Source of the DNA: an uncultured Clostridia bacterium
GTDB lineage: Bacteria > Bacillota > Clostridia > TANB77 > CAG-465
Assembly (NCBI GenBank): GCA_947630145.1
Contig: CANRGL010000004.1
Span: 1-54,618 of the forward strand
Direction: 5' to 3'
Length of the DNA stretch: 54,618 bases
The notes under the pieces were generated by a model that was given only the letters and a program-made list of their open reading frames with translations, made no database searches and was not told the origin of the DNA. Made by a program: the position numbers and the translations under genes. The stretch's first letter is position 1. Each line of letters starts with the position of its first letter. Below are positions 30,102 to 39,452 of this stretch, one piece after another.

Positions 30102-30824
30102 ATGAAAAAAAATAACAAAGTTTTACTTATGATTTTAATAATATTAGTATCGGTTGCTATTATTGCGTGTTTATTTTATATCTTATTAAATAATAATGGA
30201 AAGATAAATCAAGGTGTTTTTAGAACCAATGATGCTTTAATTACTTCTTTAGTAACAGTTGAAGAAAAGCAAGAAAACAAAGAGCAAAGTATGATTTCTG
30301 ATTTATTACTTGATCTATCTCAGAAAAATACTCTTTCTCTTCTTGTAACTAAAGATTCAAAAATTAATGATATATATTTAGACAATATTAAAATTAATTT
30401 TCCTGAAAAGTTTGGTAAAATGTATATAACACAACCTAATAGAGATGATAAGATAGAATTAAATAATGGTAATAATGATAGTAAAGTAAATATATATACT
30501 GAGGATAAAGGAGATCAATATTTAATAGAAATAGAAATAAATAATGCTGATTTTGCAAAAGATGTTAAAGTCCCAGAAAACACCAAAGTAGTGAGATTTG
30601 ATGGTACTTTGATAAGTCTTACTGGTATGAAAATTGAAGACATTATGTTTAAAATTAAATTTGATCTAAATATAGTAGATGAATCAAATAAAGTAAATGT
30701 ATGTAATATAAATTTAAAATTGCCAGGATATGAGTTAGCAAATACTGGAATAGGAGTTACAAATTGTGATTTACATGAATATAACTTTGTTGTAAAAGAT
30801 AAATTTAGTTTTAACTTATTTTAA
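30102..30824 (+). CDS. Hypothetical membrane-anchored protein
   Basis: N-terminal TM helix and RBS GGAGG. Confidence 0.75.
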   Translation: MKKNNKVLLMILIILVSVAIIACLFYILLNNNGKINQGVFRTNDALITSLVTVEEKQENKEQSMISDLLLDLSQKNTLSLLVTKDSKINDIYLDNIKINFPEKFGKMYITQPNRDDKIELNNGNNDSKVNIYTEDKGDQYLIEIEINNADFAKDVKVPENTKVVRFDGTLISLTGMKIEDIMFKIKFDLNIVDESNKVNVCNINLKLPGYELANTGIGVTNCDLHEYNFVVKDKFSFNLF

Positions 30825-30867
30825 AAATTACTTGAAGTTTTAGACATTTTAGTGTATAATGTATATA

Positions 30868-30949
30868 CCATCAAATGATAGAGTTACTGTGAACCTTGTC
30901 AGGTCCGGAAGGAAGCAGCAATAAGCATTATACTCTATGTGTTTGATGG
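30868..30949 (+). ncRNA. ffs: Signal recognition particle RNA, short form
   Basis: Conserved TCAGGTCCGGAAGGAAGCAGC domain and terminal stem CCATCAAA/TTTGATGG. Lies upstream of dnaX. Promoter TTGAAG-17-TATAAT at 30832-30860. Confidence 0.93.
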
Positions 30950-30973
30950 CTTTTTTATGGGAGTGATTAGTAT

Positions 30974-32554
30974 ATGGCATATATAGCTTTATATAGAAAA
31001 TATAGACCTCAGACTTTTAGTGATATAGTAGGACAAGAGAGTATTACTAAAATATTAAAAAAACAAATAGAATCTGGAAAAATATCTCATGCATATATAT
31101 TCAGTGGAACTAGAGGAACTGGTAAAACTTCTGCTGCAAAGGTATTTGCTAGAGCAATAAATTGTTTAAATCCTAAAGATGGCGAACCTTGTAATGAATG
31201 TGAAATATGTAAAAGTATTTTAGAAGGAAATACTACGGATGTTGTTGAAATGGACGCAGCTTCAAATAATAGTGTTGAAAATATACGACAAATCCGTCAA
31301 GAAGTAATATACGCAACTGTTGATGTAAAATATAGGGTGTATATAATAGATGAAGCTCATATGCTTACAACTAGTGCTTTTAATGCTCTTTTAAAGACTT
31401 TAGAAGAACCACCTGAAAATGTAATATTTATACTTGCAACAACAGAAAAACATAAAATACCTGTAACTATACTTTCAAGATGTTTAAGATTTGATTTTGA
31501 TAGGTTATCTGAGCAGGTAATTTCTAATAGATTAAAATATATATGCAATAGTGAAGGCATAAAATATGAAGACAAAGCATGTGACTATATAGCAAAATTA
31601 GCAGATGGTGCTTTAAGAGATGGTATAAGTATATTAGATAGATGCATATCTGAGATGAGTGATATTCTTACTTTAAACGAGGTAAAAAAACTAGTTGGAA
31701 CTATAGATGATGAAATATTAGATGAATTAGTAAATGATATATATAGTTTAAATGTTTCTGATGTTATATCAAAAATCGATGTTTTAATAACAAAAGGAAA
31801 GGACTTAAGACAGCTTGTATCCAATTTAAATGAAAAATTTTTAGCTAAACTAATATCTACAAATGATGATGTTCAAAAATCAAGAACTATAAATATAATA
31901 GATAGATTATCTAAACTTGATAGTCAATTAAAAAGCTCTATTAAGCCAGAGATATTGTTGAAATCTACTATAGTTGAAATTTGTAATGTAGATAATAAAT
32001 CAAGTAACTCTTACGATAATGTAAATAAATCTTCAAATGTTGATTTTAGTGACATTGATATTTTAAAACAAAAAATAGAAAACTTAGAACATGAGATAAT
32101 TAAGCTAAAAAGTGTAAATACAAAAATTGATAATGTAAATAAACTTGAAAATAAAAATAACGATAATATAGATAGGAAAAAGATTAGTGATAAAAATGAA
32201 GAATTAAGGAAAAATATTCCAAAAATACAAATTGAAAATATGAGTGAATTTGAAAATTCTGATGATTTTAAAAAATTCATTTTAAAAAAAGGTAATATAA
32301 AAATATATTCTTCTATTGCAAGTGCAAATATATATTTAAAAAATAATATACTTGTAATTATTACTTCTAATTCTTTTGCATATAATTTATTAAATACCAC
32401 AGAAAATATTAAAGTAATAAAGGAAAATTTTAAAGAAAAATTTAATGAAGTAGTTGAAGTAAAAATAATATTAAATGAAGGGAAAAATAACCAGAAATTA
32501 AAAATTGAAGAATTATTTGAGCAAAATAATGTAAATTACACAAGTATTGATTGA
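30974..32554 (+). CDS. dnaX: DNA polymerase III gamma/tau
   Basis: LYRKYRP, GTRGTGKT, DAASN, IIDEAHML, LKTLEEPP and TILSRC. Confidence 0.97.
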   Translation: MAYIALYRKYRPQTFSDIVGQESITKILKKQIESGKISHAYIFSGTRGTGKTSAAKVFARAINCLNPKDGEPCNECEICKSILEGNTTDVVEMDAASNNSVENIRQIRQEVIYATVDVKYRVYIIDEAHMLTTSAFNALLKTLEEPPENVIFILATTEKHKIPVTILSRCLRFDFDRLSEQVISNRLKYICNSEGIKYEDKACDYIAKLADGALRDGISILDRCISEMSDILTLNEVKKLVGTIDDEILDELVNDIYSLNVSDVISKIDVLITKGKDLRQLVSNLNEKFLAKLISTNDDVQKSRTINIIDRLSKLDSQLKSSIKPEILLKSTIVEICNVDNKSSNSYDNVNKSSNVDFSDIDILKQKIENLEHEIIKLKSVNTKIDNVNKLENKNNDNIDRKKISDKNEELRKNIPKIQIENMSEFENSDDFKKFILKKGNIKIYSSIASANIYLKNNILVIITSNSFAYNLLNTTENIKVIKENFKEKFNEVVEVKIILNEGKNNQKLKIEELFEQNNVNYTSID

Positions 32555-32607
32555 AAAAATAAAATAATTATATTATAATATATAAAGTTAAAGAAAGGAT
32601 GATAAAA

Positions 32608-32940
32608 ATGGCAAAATTTGGAGGCTTTCCAGGCGGTGGATTTGGTAATATGCAAAATATGATAAAACAGGCACAAAAAATGCAATCTGAAATGCAAACA
32701 AAACAAGAAGAAGTTGCAAAAAAAGAAATTGAAACTTCTGCTGGTGGCGGTGCAGTAGTAGTAAAAGCTACTGGAGATAAAAAAATAAAAGAAATAATAA
32801 TAAAAAAAGAAGTAGTAGATCCTGATGATGTAGAAATGTTACAAGATTTAGTATTAACAGCTGTAAATGAAGCTTTGAATAAAGCTGATAGTATGATGCA
32901 ATCAGAACTTGGCTCTTTAAATATTCCTGGACTATTTTAA
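32608..32940 (+). CDS. ybaB: YbaB/EbfC nucleoid-associated protein
   Basis: KQAQKMQ, AGGGAV and DVEMLQDLV. Lies between dnaX and recR. Confidence 0.95.
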   Translation: MAKFGGFPGGGFGNMQNMIKQAQKMQSEMQTKQEEVAKKEIETSAGGGAVVVKATGDKKIKEIIIKKEVVDPDDVEMLQDLVLTAVNEALNKADSMMQSELGSLNIPGLF

Positions 32941-32949
32941 AGGATGTAT

Positions 32950-33543
32950 ATGTATTCAGATACCGTAAATAAACTTATAAATCAATTTGAAAGACTGCCA
33001 GGAATAGGTCATAAAACTGCTGTAAGGCTAGCTTTTTATATTTTAGAATCAGATCAAAATGTAGCAAATGAATTTGCAGAAACTTTAGTTAAAGCAAAAC
33101 AAAATGTACGATTTTGTTCTGTATGTTATAACATTACAGAAAAAGATCCTTGTGATATTTGCTCAAATAATAAAAGGGATGAATCTACTATTTGTGTAGT
33201 TGAAAATGTTAAAGATGTTATAGCGATGGAAAAAACACATGAATATAAAGGGAAATATCATGTTTTACATGGTTCTATATCACCTATGAATAACATATCT
33301 GCAGGAGATATAAAAATAAAAGAACTATTAGAAAGATTAAAAGATGATGTTATAAAAGAAGTTATTCTTGCTACTAATCCTACTGTTGAAGGTGAAGCTA
33401 CTGCTATGTATATTTCAAGACTTATAAAACCTCTTGGTATTAAAGTAACAAGGATTGCTCATGGTATTCCAGTAGGTGGAGACCTTGAGTATACAGATGA
33501 AATTACTTTAATAAAAGCTTTAGAAGGTAGGACGCAAATGTAA
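32950..33543 (+). CDS. recR: Recombination mediator RecR
   Basis: [10 protein letters not shown]4 zinc finger, YHVLHG and [12 protein letters not shown]. Confidence 0.97.
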   Translation: MYSDTVNKLINQFERLPGIGHKTAVRLAFYILESDQNVANEFAETLVKAKQNVRFCSVCYNITEKDPCDICSNNKRDESTICVVENVKDVIAMEKTHEYKGKYHVLHGSISPMNNISAGDIKIKELLERLKDDVIKEVILATNPTVEGEATAMYISRLIKPLGIKVTRIAHGIPVGGDLEYTDEITLIKALEGRTQM

Positions 33544-33548
33544 GATAA

Positions 33549-33578
33549 AAATAGGTGGTACTAAAAAACCACCTATTT
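33549..33578 (+). terminator. Terminator after recR
   Basis: AAATAGGTGGT / ACCACCTATTT. Confidence 0.8.
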
Positions 33579-33713
33579 TAACTTATATTCCCTAATATAT
33601 AGACCCAATATAAGTTAATAAATATAGTATATAATATATTTAAACTATGAAACATAGTTATATAAATATTATTAATATAAAAATAAAAAATATACCAAAA
33701 AGAGGGAAAAATT

Positions 33714-34481
33714 ATGAAAATTGGAGTTTTTGATTCAGGAATTGGAGGAACAACTGTTTTTAAAGAAATTTTAAAGCAAGATATTAATGCACAATTTTAT
33801 TATTTTGCAGATAATAAAAACACTCCATATGGAATAAAGAATAAAGAAGAAGTAAAAAATTATATAATAAAAAACATTGAATATTTAGTAAATGTTGGTT
33901 GTGAAATTATAGTTATAGCATGTAATACTGCTACAATTCTTTGTATTGAAAATTTAAGAAAAAAACTCCCTAATATATGCTTTATTGGAATTGAACCTGC
34001 AATAAAAAAAGCTATAGAAAATGATAATAAGAAAAAAATTTTAGTTACAGCCACAACTATTACTTTAAAAGAAGAAAAAATAAATAATTTAATTAAAAAT
34101 TTAGAAATTACTGATAAAGTCGAATTATTACCTCTTGATAGATTAGTTATATATGCAGAAAAGAATTCTAGTAAAATAGAAGTAAAAAAATATTTAAAAG
34201 AAAAATTAAATAAATATAAATTTAATGAATATGGTCAGATTGTGCTTGGTTGTACACACTTTCCAATTTTTAAAGAAGAATTTAAGGAAATTTTGCCTAA
34301 TATTAAAATAGTAGATGGTAGTAAAGAGGTAGTAAAAAATTTGAAAAATAAAATTAATGATATGAATTTAAAAAAGACAAATACATGTACGACATTAATA
34401 TTAACTAAAGAAGATTCAGAATTTATAGATAATTTTAATAGATTATTAAATATTAATATTGATACTGCACTTTATATTTAA
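33714..34481 (+). CDS. murI: Glutamate racemase
   Basis: IGVFDSGIGG, PYG, IACNTAT and LGCTHFP. Confidence 0.95.
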   Translation: MKIGVFDSGIGGTTVFKEILKQDINAQFYYFADNKNTPYGIKNKEEVKNYIIKNIEYLVNVGCEIIVIACNTATILCIENLRKKLPNICFIGIEPAIKKAIENDNKKKILVTATTITLKEEKINNLIKNLEITDKVELLPLDRLVIYAEKNSSKIEVKKYLKEKLNKYKFNEYGQIVLGCTHFPIFKEEFKEILPNIKIVDGSKEVVKNLKNKINDMNLKKTNTCTTLILTKEDSEFIDNFNRLLNINIDTALYI

Positions 34482-34485
34482 AAAA
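34431..34485 (+). repeat. Direct repeat A, copy 1 (3' end of murI)
   Basis: AATTTTAATAGATTATTAAATATTAATATTGATACTGCACTTTATATTTAAAAAA recurs with a few substitutions at 35627-35681. Confidence 0.88.
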
Positions 34486-34537
34486 TATTAATTAGTTAAA
34501 ACTAGGTTTTTTAATACTAAGAAAAAGGGGTTATTTT

Positions 34538-35626
34538 ATGGGAAGATTAAGGCAATTTTTTAATAGAATATTTGGAAAAAAGCAAAAAAAATTACCTGAA
34601 CAACAATATCAAGTAATGAACAATAATAACTTTAAAAATGATTTACAGAAAAATATTATACCAAAAGATGAAATTAGCTTTAATGAAGTTTCAGATTATT
34701 TTAATCAAAGTCCAAAAAAAATATCAAAACAAACGGTAAATGATGTATTGCACAATGAACAGCATGATAAATATGAAGATAAAATTAGAATAATTACTAA
34801 TGAATATTCAAAAAAATTACAAAATTTTGATAGAAAAACAATATATAATGCTTTAGAATTTTTAAATAAAAGACGTCAAAATCATGGAAAAAACAATGAT
34901 GATATTAAATTAAATACTGAAGCAAAGAAAGTATTTGAGTTAATGAAAGAATATGAACAGTCAATAAAAAAGTTTTTTGTTGATAATAATATTGATATTA
35001 CGCATATAACTAGCATTGCTCCAGATAAGCTAGAAAATGGAGTATTAAGAAAGTCTATTGATAGAGCTAATAATTATGAAACTGAAAGAGTAGATGGAGT
35101 TTTTGCTTCTTCTATCCCAGTTGATGGGCATAATCCTTATATTGCTCGTAGTAGCTCATCAGGGATGATTATGTTAGGAAAATCAATATGTATTTATGAA
35201 AATGACAATATTAAAGTAACCCAAGATTTAGAAGGAAAAAATCACGCTATTTTAAAACATCCAAATTATATTTATTATATAAATCCTAATAAATTTAATC
35301 CAGTATGTAACTTAACTATGGATTTAGAAAGTAATAAACCTATTTTTGAATTTTCAGAAGAATGGATTTCAGATTCAGAAATTGATATATCAGACTCTAA
35401 TCAAGTTAGAAGTATTGAACAGGTTAGAGATGTAACAAATTTATTAGAAAATTATACAATTTTATGTGATACGCAAAGTCAAGGAATTGGTATGAAAGCC
35501 AGACAGTTAAAAACTAAGGCTGATGCATTGGAATTCATTGAGATGAAAATAAAAGATGGTAGTGTTAGAAATATAAATGAAGAAGTAGGAATAAATAATA
35601 GAAATTTAACAAGTATTGAAAGATAG
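34538..35626 (+). CDS. Hypothetical protein, 'MGR..FFNRIFG..LPEQ' family member 1
   Basis: N-terminus shared with 39274..40341; unrelated central region. Confidence 0.85.
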   Translation: MGRLRQFFNRIFGKKQKKLPEQQYQVMNNNNFKNDLQKNIIPKDEISFNEVSDYFNQSPKKISKQTVNDVLHNEQHDKYEDKIRIITNEYSKKLQNFDRKTIYNALEFLNKRRQNHGKNNDDIKLNTEAKKVFELMKEYEQSIKKFFVDNNIDITHITSIAPDKLENGVLRKSIDRANNYETERVDGVFASSIPVDGHNPYIARSSSSGMIMLGKSICIYENDNIKVTQDLEGKNHAILKHPNYIYYINPNKFNPVCNLTMDLESNKPIFEFSEEWISDSEIDISDSNQVRSIEQVRDVTNLLENYTILCDTQSQGIGMKARQLKTKADALEFIEMKIKDGSVRNINEEVGINNRNLTSIER

Positions 35627-35681
35627 AATTTTAATACATTATTAAACACTAATATTGATACTGTACTTTATATTCAAAAAA
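35627..35681 (+). repeat. Direct repeat A, copy 2
   Basis: Diverged copy of the murI 3' end, starting right after the stop codon of 34538..35626. Confidence 0.88.
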
Positions 35682-35688
35682 AAACAAA

Positions 35689-35998
35689 ATGACATCATAT
35701 TGTAACAAAAATTTAATAATAAATTTGTTATGAAAACTTGCGTTTTTTTAGTGTATACTATAAAAGTAGTGGTAAATTTATATTTTTAAAGCTATATAAA
35801 TAAGAGGGTTGATTAATTTATGGGAAGAATAAGAAATTTTTTTAATAGGATATTTGGAAGGAAACAAAAAAGTTTACCTGAACAATAAGAGACATATAAA
35901 ATATCTGAAGATGATTTAAATAGTGTTCCAGAAGTAAGTGAAGAAAAAGAAAATTTAGTAGATAACAATTTTAAAGATGATTTACAGAAAAGTACTAT
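35689..35998 (+). repeat. Direct repeat B, copy 1 (promoter plus 5' gene portion)
   Basis: Near-identical to 39137-39452. The 6-bp length difference lies in a poly-T tract. Confidence 0.95.
35820..35998 (+). pseudogene. Truncated copy of the 39274 gene
   Basis: MGRIRNFFNRIFGRKQKSLPEQ then TAA at 35886, where the intact copy has CAA. Similarity ends near 35998. Confidence 0.9.
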
Positions 35999-36237
35999 GT
36001 CGTCTCTGCTTTCTCTGCAATAGATTACTCTCTTTTTTCTTCGTTAGACTTTTTTATAGATTACCTCCGTTTTTATATGTATCAACAACATTTTTATTTT
36101 TGTATTTTAACACCTTCCCGACGTCTAGAAGATGTATCCTATCAAGATTATAAACCTTTACTGTTTTTTTGAATTAATAACGTCGGTTTTTTTGACGGTG
36201 TTTTCTTCTCTTAATTCTTCACTTTTTAATTTATTGT

Positions 36238-36723
36238 TTATGTATCTAATGAATAAATATAAAGTATATTAGATTCTTTATCAAATATAGCAATAGAATA
36301 ATTTGAAGATGCTCTATTGAACATGTCATTATAATTATATTTATTTATTGTCTTGCTATGTCTATCTAAAAAGAACCAATATCCATTTTCTACAAATGGT
36401 ATAGACATATCTTCTATACTATTATTGGTTATACAAGTTTGTAACATTTCATCAATTGGTAATTTATTCCAATGCATATTGTTTTCTATTTTGCTTATAA
36501 ATTTCTCTGCTTGCTTGTCCGAAAAATATATTTTTACAAGTGCTTCCCCATCTCCATGAAAGCCACCATGTGTATCTTTTTCTTCCATCTTTGCAAACAT
36601 TGGGATAGGTATCTCAATTAGCGACGAGTAAAAATTATAATCATAAAGCGTATGTAAGTATACTATATATATAATTATCAAAAGTAATATAATAAAAAAA
36701 ACTATTTCAAAAAATTTTTTCAT
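36238..36723 (-). CDS. Membrane-anchored hypothetical protein, candidate immunity protein
   Basis: N-terminal TM helix, DTHGGFHGDGE and a C-terminal YSIAIFD..LYIYSLDT. Its RBS abuts the stop codon of the upstream gene. Confidence 0.7.
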   Translation of the reverse strand: MKKFFEIVFFIILLLIIIYIVYLHTLYDYNFYSSLIEIPIPMFAKMEEKDTHGGFHGDGEALVKIYFSDKQAEKFISKIENNMHWNKLPIDEMLQTCITNNSIEDMSIPFVENGYWFFLDRHSKTINKYNYNDMFNRASSNYSIAIFDKESNILYIYSLDT

Positions 36724-36738
36724 TATTAACATCACCTC

Positions 36739-37801
36739 TTAAAACATTTCAATCTCTCCATTCTTTTGTATTTTTATTGTAAGTTTTGCAATAACATTAT
36801 ATTCTTTAATTACTCCTAATTTTTGTGAAATAAATGCTAAATTATATAATGTACTAGACAATATACTTTTCGGAATATTATTAGCATCAAAGTAATAATC
36901 TAAAGGTGTTTTAAATTTAGTAAAATCAAAAGTATCGCTTAAAGTAATGTCTGCTTTCCAATTTGAGTCTTCATTTTTTTCTGACTTCATTTCAATATTA
37001 GCCTTATGAATAGCAAAATATAAATCGCTATTTTTAAATGCCATAGACTCTTTTCCTTGTGATATATAAAAATTTTGTTGTTTATTATACTTATCTAGAA
37101 TTTCTTTTATTTTATTTTTAAAGTTTTCATCTCTAATTATTAAATTTATTATTTCTTCATCTTTTATAATAAAATCTTTTGGATTTTTCTCTAAAGAATG
37201 TTGTAATAATTCTGCTGCTAATTTATAGTTAAAATATCTTCCTCCAACTTCAATTACTGTTTGCCAAAATGCATATTGCATTGCTTTAAATGAATTTTTT
37301 TCATATTGATTTTTATTTTTATACATATTGAATATATAACTAAAACCAGTTATTAATAATTTTATATTTTCATCTTCTTTATATTGATTATTTTCTACTT
37401 TAGCAAGATTAGTTTTAAATTTTGTTTCTTTTTTGTATAAATCATATGCTTCTTTTAGTTTAATTTTTTTAGCTGTTATCATTTCTTCAAATTTTTCTAT
37501 CTTATCAACTTTTTCAATATCTTCGTTTATCTGTTTTTTTAATTTTTCAAAGTTTCCATACTTTAATTTATCTAAATATTGATATGTCAAATACCTATCA
37601 ACTAACCATATTTTCTGATCTTTATTAATTTTAGAAATATTTGTTCTTTGCATAATGTTTTTTATATAAAAATAATTCTTTATTCTTTCCTCTTGTAGGT
37701 TTTTCAATAGCTAAAAATTTATATATATTATTTATGCATCCATTACCAAACTCATTTTTTGATTTTTTCATATCTTTTTGACATAATAAACATTCGTGCA
37801 T
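36739..37801 (-). CDS. CxxC-N-terminal-domain protein with a +1 frameshift at an A6 run (possible pseudogene)
   Basis: ATG at 37801 gives MHECLLCQK..FGNGC..IEKP. Removing one A at 37658-37663 joins it to track ORF 36739..37707. The N-terminus is homologous to the ORF at 54322. Confidence 0.8.
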
Positions 37802-37878
37802 TTTGTATCATCTCTAATCTTGTTATAATTTTACTATATTTTTCCTATTATAACAATATATAATATTTATTGACTACC

Positions 37879-37917
37879 TAAATCCAACTGGTAACAATTT
37901 GTCACCAGTTGGATTTA
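37879..37917. repeat. 39-bp palindrome, also a plausible terminator
   Basis: TAAATCCAACTGGTAACAATTTGTCACCAGTTGGATTTA. Confidence 0.9.
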
Positions 37918-37924
37918 CAAGAAA

Positions 37925-38767
37925 TTATTGTTCTTCACCAGAATTTAGTTTTCTTATTTCTTTAGCATTTTTATCAGATACAACTTTTTTTCCTGTTTCT
38001 TTTTCTAATTGTTCTTTTGCAATTCTTGCAATATTTCCACCCTTTACAACAGAATCTTCTGCTTCCTTAAATCCTTTTTTGGTTTTACTTTTAGATATCT
38101 CTGTAGAAGATGTTTCTGCTAACATATTTAGAACTAATTCCATATTTGTCATATTATCTCTTAGATTTTCTTTTTTTAAACCTTTTAAATTCTTATATTC
38201 TTTTACAGAATAGCCACTCCAAGCTTGTGTTAAAATATTTGTTAATATTGCAAAATCTTTGCCTGAATTTATTCCTTTTGCTTTTAATTCATCTGTAAAA
38301 TCTTTTCTAATATCTATGGTTTTTAATCTTTGATTTATCCATTCTTCTGAATAGCCTTTTTTTCTGTATATATCTAATGATCTATTTATTGCAATTTCTG
38401 GATCATATACTTCATCTATTCGTTCTTTGCCAACTTGTGCTAACCACAATTTAAAAGGCTCTGCTTTCTTTGATGGTATGGACTGTATTAAACGTAAAAC
38501 TTGCTCTGTATTCATTACATCAGTATTATAATATTTTCCATCTGTTGATTTCATTTTCAGTTGGTTAGTCTTACTAACCAACTCACTTCCTTCTTCATTT
38601 AGTTTGCTTTTCAACCACTTCCAATAATTTCTTGATTTTTGATAATCATTATCTGTTAATACAGAAATAACATCAACAACTGAAAAATACCATTTTTCTT
38701 GTTGTTCATCCCATTTAACTCTAATCTTTTTATCTTCAAATAATTTTAATTCATTATCTTGTCCCAT
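37925..38767 (-). CDS. BRO-N / phage antirepressor-like DNA-binding protein
   Basis: IRVKWD..WYFSVVDV, YWKWLK, RLIQSIPSKKAEPFKLWLA and NLRDNMT. ATG 38767 follows GAGAGGT. Confidence 0.88.
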   Translation of the reverse strand: MGQDNELKLFEDKKIRVKWDEQQEKWYFSVVDVISVLTDNDYQKSRNYWKWLKSKLNEEGSELVSKTNQLKMKSTDGKYYNTDVMNTEQVLRLIQSIPSKKAEPFKLWLAQVGKERIDEVYDPEIAINRSLDIYRKKGYSEEWINQRLKTIDIRKDFTDELKAKGINSGKDFAILTNILTQAWSGYSVKEYKNLKGLKKENLRDNMTNMELVLNMLAETSSTEISKSKTKKGFKEAEDSVVKGGNIARIAKEQLEKETGKKVVSDKNAKEIRKLNSGEEQ

Positions 38768-38865
38768 TTTAATACCTCTCTTTCTCAAGTTATTCGGAAA
38801 TTCCGAACAACTCAAAATCTCTTTTATTTCTTATATTTATATTATATTTCTAAAATTTTTTCAAT

Positions 38866-39042
38866 ACTTTTTTCGAAATTCTGTTCTTTTTCTATTTATA
38901 TTTTTGTTTTATTCTATCAGAAATAATATCGGTGAATACCTGTTTATAATCTTGAATATCACCATCATTTGATTTTGGGCAAATAAATATTACAAATGGT
39001 AATTTATCTTTTATTTTTTTATTTTTATTATTCTCTTTAACA
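38866..39042 (-). pseudogene. Probable 3' fragment of a gene cut by repeat C
   Basis: Open stretch KDKLPFVIFICPKSNDGDIQDYKQVFTDIISDR.. with no convincing start or RBS. Confidence 0.35.
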
Positions 39043-39045
39043 AAA

Positions 39046-39136
39046 AAAGAAAAATGTGATTAACTTTCTATTAGAATAGTATAAATTCTAGTTATATATA
39101 TATTATAAGGTGTTATAATTAAATTATGTTATCATT
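39046..39136 (+). repeat. Direct repeat C, copy 1
   Basis: AAAGAAAAATGTGATTAACTTTCTATTA..TGTTATAATTAAATT..TTATCATT recurs at 40469-40557. Confidence 0.9.
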
Positions 39137-39452
39137 ATGACATCATATTGTAACAAAAATTTAACAATAAATTTGTTATGAAAACTTGCGTTTTTTTTTT
39201 TTTAGTGTATGCTATAGGGGTAGTGATAAATTTATATTTTTAAAGCTATATAAATAAGAGGAGTGATTAATTTATGGGAAGAATAAGAAATTTTTTTAAT
39301 AGGATATTTGGAAGAAAACAAAAAAGTTTACCAGAACAACAAGAGACATATAAAATATCTGAAGATGATTTAAATAGTGTGCCAGAAGTAAATGAAGAAA
39401 AAGAAAATTTAGTAGATAATAATTTTAAAGATGATTTACAGAAAAATACTAT
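39137..39452 (+). repeat. Direct repeat B, copy 2
   Basis: Matches 35689-35998. Confidence 0.95.

Noticed and set aside
36000-36235. Possible small gene or RNA between repeat B1 and the immunity-like gene
   Set aside because: Only short broken frames are present, with no convincing structure.
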